Of a stretch of 25,754 bases of DNA, positions 24,018 through 25,754 are shown in pieces. The DNA is from a virus (taxonomy: Duplodnaviria > Heunggongvirae > Uroviricota > Caudoviricetes). The position numbers and the translations under genes are program-made. The stretch lies in the IMG/VR virus record IMGVR_UViG_2740892213_000014; one strand, 5' to 3'. The notes below the pieces were generated by a model. It did not search any database, was not told where the DNA came from, and saw only the letters and a program-made list of their open reading frames with translations. Numbering within the stretch: position 1 is the stretch's first letter; each line of letters starts with the position of its first letter.

Positions 24018-24618
24018 TTCACTGTTACCACCATCAGCCAGCAATTTCATGCGTTGTGCCGAAGCCGTCGGAACACGCATTACAGACATTCCGGTAGACC
24101 TCAACACGCTGTGGTCGCCGGACACCTGCCCGGTGCATCTGCTGCCTTATCTCGCCTGGGCGTTTTCCGTTGACCGCTGGGATCGCAACTGGCCGGAAGA
24201 GACAAAGCGACAGGTGATTCGTGATGCATGGCTGACACACCGACACAAAGGGACCATCAGCGCACTGCGAAGAGCCGTGGAGCCTCTCGGCTACCTGATT
24301 GAAGTAAAGGAGTGGTGGCAACTCAACGAGGAGCCAGGAACATTTCGCATTGTTGTCGGAGTACTTGATCAGGGCATCACCGATGAAATGTATCAGGAAC
24401 TTGAGCGCCTTATTGCGGATGCAAAACCAGTAAGTCGCCATCTGACGGGGCTGGCGATCAGCCTGAGTGTGAACGGAAAGATTTTCGTTGGTACGGGATG
24501 CTATCACGGCGATGCCCTGACGGTTTATCCCTACACCCCGGAGTCTATTATTGTCGAAGGGGATTATTTCCCTGCTCCGGCCATTCATTTAATTGATAAT
24601 CTGAGAGTAAACGCATGA
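24010..24618 (+). CDS. I: Baseplate/tail protein, P2 gpI family
   Basis: Start moved to ATG 24010 (MSNSLLPPSAS…), overlapping J 3' end; synteny. Confidence 0.8.
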   Translation: MSNSLLPPSASNFMRCAEAVGTRITDIPVDLNTLWSPDTCPVHLLPYLAWAFSVDRWDRNWPEETKRQVIRDAWLTHRHKGTISALRRAVEPLGYLIEVKEWWQLNEEPGTFRIVVGVLDQGITDEMYQELERLIADAKPVSRHLTGLAISLSVNGKIFVGTGCYHGDALTVYPYTPESIIVEGDYFPAPAIHLIDNLRVNA

Positions 24619-25754
24619 CAGCGAAATACTACGCCATTCTGACTAATCAGGGCGCGGAACGACTGGCTAACGCGACGATGCTCGGCAGTAAGCTGAATTT
24701 GACGCAAATGGCCGTTGGTGATGCAAATGGTGTGTTACCAACACCAAACCCTGCACAAACAAAACTGATTAACCAGAAACGCATTGCACCGCTGAATCTT
24801 CTGAATGTTGACCCTAACAATCAGAGCCAGATTATTGCGGAGCAAATCATCCCTGAAGACGAGGGAGGATTCTGGATCCGTGAGATTGGTCTTTATGATG
24901 ATAAAGGTGTACTCATTGCGGTGGCAAACTGCCCGGAAACGTACAAACCGCAGTTGCAGGAAGGCAGTGGACGCACCCAGACTATCCGCATGATTCTGGT
25001 TGTCACGAACACCAAAGCCATCACGCTGAAAATCGACCCGTCTGTGGTTCTGGCAACCCGCAAATATGTGGATGATAAAATCTCAAAGCACGAGCAGTCA
25101 CGACGTCACCCGGACGCCTCGCTGACCGCAAAAGGCTTTGTTCAACTCAGTAGCGCCACTAACAGCGATTCTGAAACGCTGGCTGCAACGCCGAAAGCGG
25201 TTAAGGCCGCGTATGACCTTGCTAACGCAAAATATACCGCTCAGGACGCCACGACGGCACGAAAAGGCATTGTCCAGCTCAGTAGCGCCACCAACAGCGA
25301 TTCAGAAACGCTGGCGGCAACACCAAAGGCGGTAAAGGCAGCCTATGACCTTGCTAACGGGAAATATACCGCACAGGACGCCACGACGGCACAAAAAGGA
25401 ATTGTCCAGCTCAGTAGTGCAACCAACAGCACATCTGAAACGCTTGCTGCAACACCGAAAGCAGTGAAAGCAGCTAATGACAATGCGAATGGTCGGGTAC
25501 CTTCTGCCCGTAAGGTGAATGGTAAGGCGCTTTCGGCGGATATAACACTGACGCCGAAAGATATTGGTACGCTTAACTCAACAACAATGTCATTCAGCGG
25601 TGGTGCTGGTTGGTTCAAATTAGCAACGGTAACCATGCCACAGGCGAGTTCTGTTGTTTCAATTACGTTGATTGGTGGCGCTGGATTTAACGTCGGTTCA
25701 CCTCAACAGGCAGGTATATCTGAACTTGTTTTGCGTGCAGGTAATGGTAATCCG
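24615..25754 (+). CDS. H: Tail fibre protein, P2 gpH family; N-terminal 380 codons only, continues past window end
   Basis: Translated by hand (no in-window stop, so absent from ORF track). ATG 24615 overlaps I stop (ATGA). MTAKYYAILTNQGAERLANATMLGSKLNLTQMAVGDANG… matches conserved tail-fibre N-terminal domain as recalled. Confidence 0.88.
   Translation, partial: MTAKYYAILTNQGAERLANATMLGSKLNLTQMAVGDANGVLPTPNPAQTKLINQKRIAPLNLLNVDPNNQSQIIAEQIIPEDEGGFWIREIGLYDDKGVLIAVANCPETYKPQLQEGSGRTQTIRMILVVTNTKAITLKIDPSVVLATRKYVDDKISKHEQSRRHPDASLTAKGFVQLSSATNSDSETLAATPKAVKAAYDLANAKYTAQDATTARKGIVQLSSATNSDSETLAATPKAVKAAYDLANGKYTAQDATTAQKGIVQLSSATNSTSETLAATPKAVKAANDNANGRVPSARKVNGKALSADITLTPKDIGTLNSTTMSFSGGAGWFKLATVTMPQASSVVSITLIGGAGFNVGSPQQAGISELVLRAGNGNP
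25131..25490 (+). repeat. Tandem 132-bp (44-codon) repeats within H, about 2.7 copies (KGxVQLSSATNSxSETLAATPKAVKAAxDLAN…)
   Basis: Read directly; copies are near-identical in protein but differ at many silent positions. Confidence 0.8.

Noticed and set aside
25138-25636. Track ORFs of 65 aa (plus) and 97 aa (minus)
   Set aside because: Lie within the hand-translated tail-fibre gene H reading frame region; artefacts of the tandem repeats.
1-25754. CRISPR arrays, tRNA/rRNA genes, IS elements
   Set aside because: No regularly spaced short repeats, no tRNA-like cloverleaf candidates and no transposase-like ORFs seen. The att site and any tRNA target would lie left of position 1, outside the window.

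Overview
This window is the left arm of a P2-family (Peduovirus-like) prophage of an enterobacterial host, running from the integrase end to a truncated tail-fibre gene H. The order is: tyrosine integrase and C-type repressor (minus strand), a cox-position excisionase-like gene, early genes of unknown function, rolling-circle replication initiator A, an accessory locus between A and portal Q, then the late genes Q-P (minus strand) and O-N-M-L-X, a lysis cassette, and R-S-V-W-J-I-H (plus strand). All product calls rest on my reading of the ORF-track translations and recalled family motifs; no database search was run. Three loci are not explained by the P2 backbone. (1) The A-Q locus carries a plasmid-type ParM/ParR actin-like partition cassette preceded by two 20-bp palindromes, followed by two acidic proteins I cannot place. 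(2) An AT-rich two-gene convergent insert sits next to the cox-position gene. (3) A NanS-p-like sialate O-acetylesterase gene is translationally coupled to the end of the lysis cassette and is interrupted by a 37-nt run of N. A ~320-bp structured non-coding region inside the early operon and tandem 132-bp repeats in the tail-fibre gene are also worth a look. The attachment site and cos were not identified; attL would lie left of position 1.
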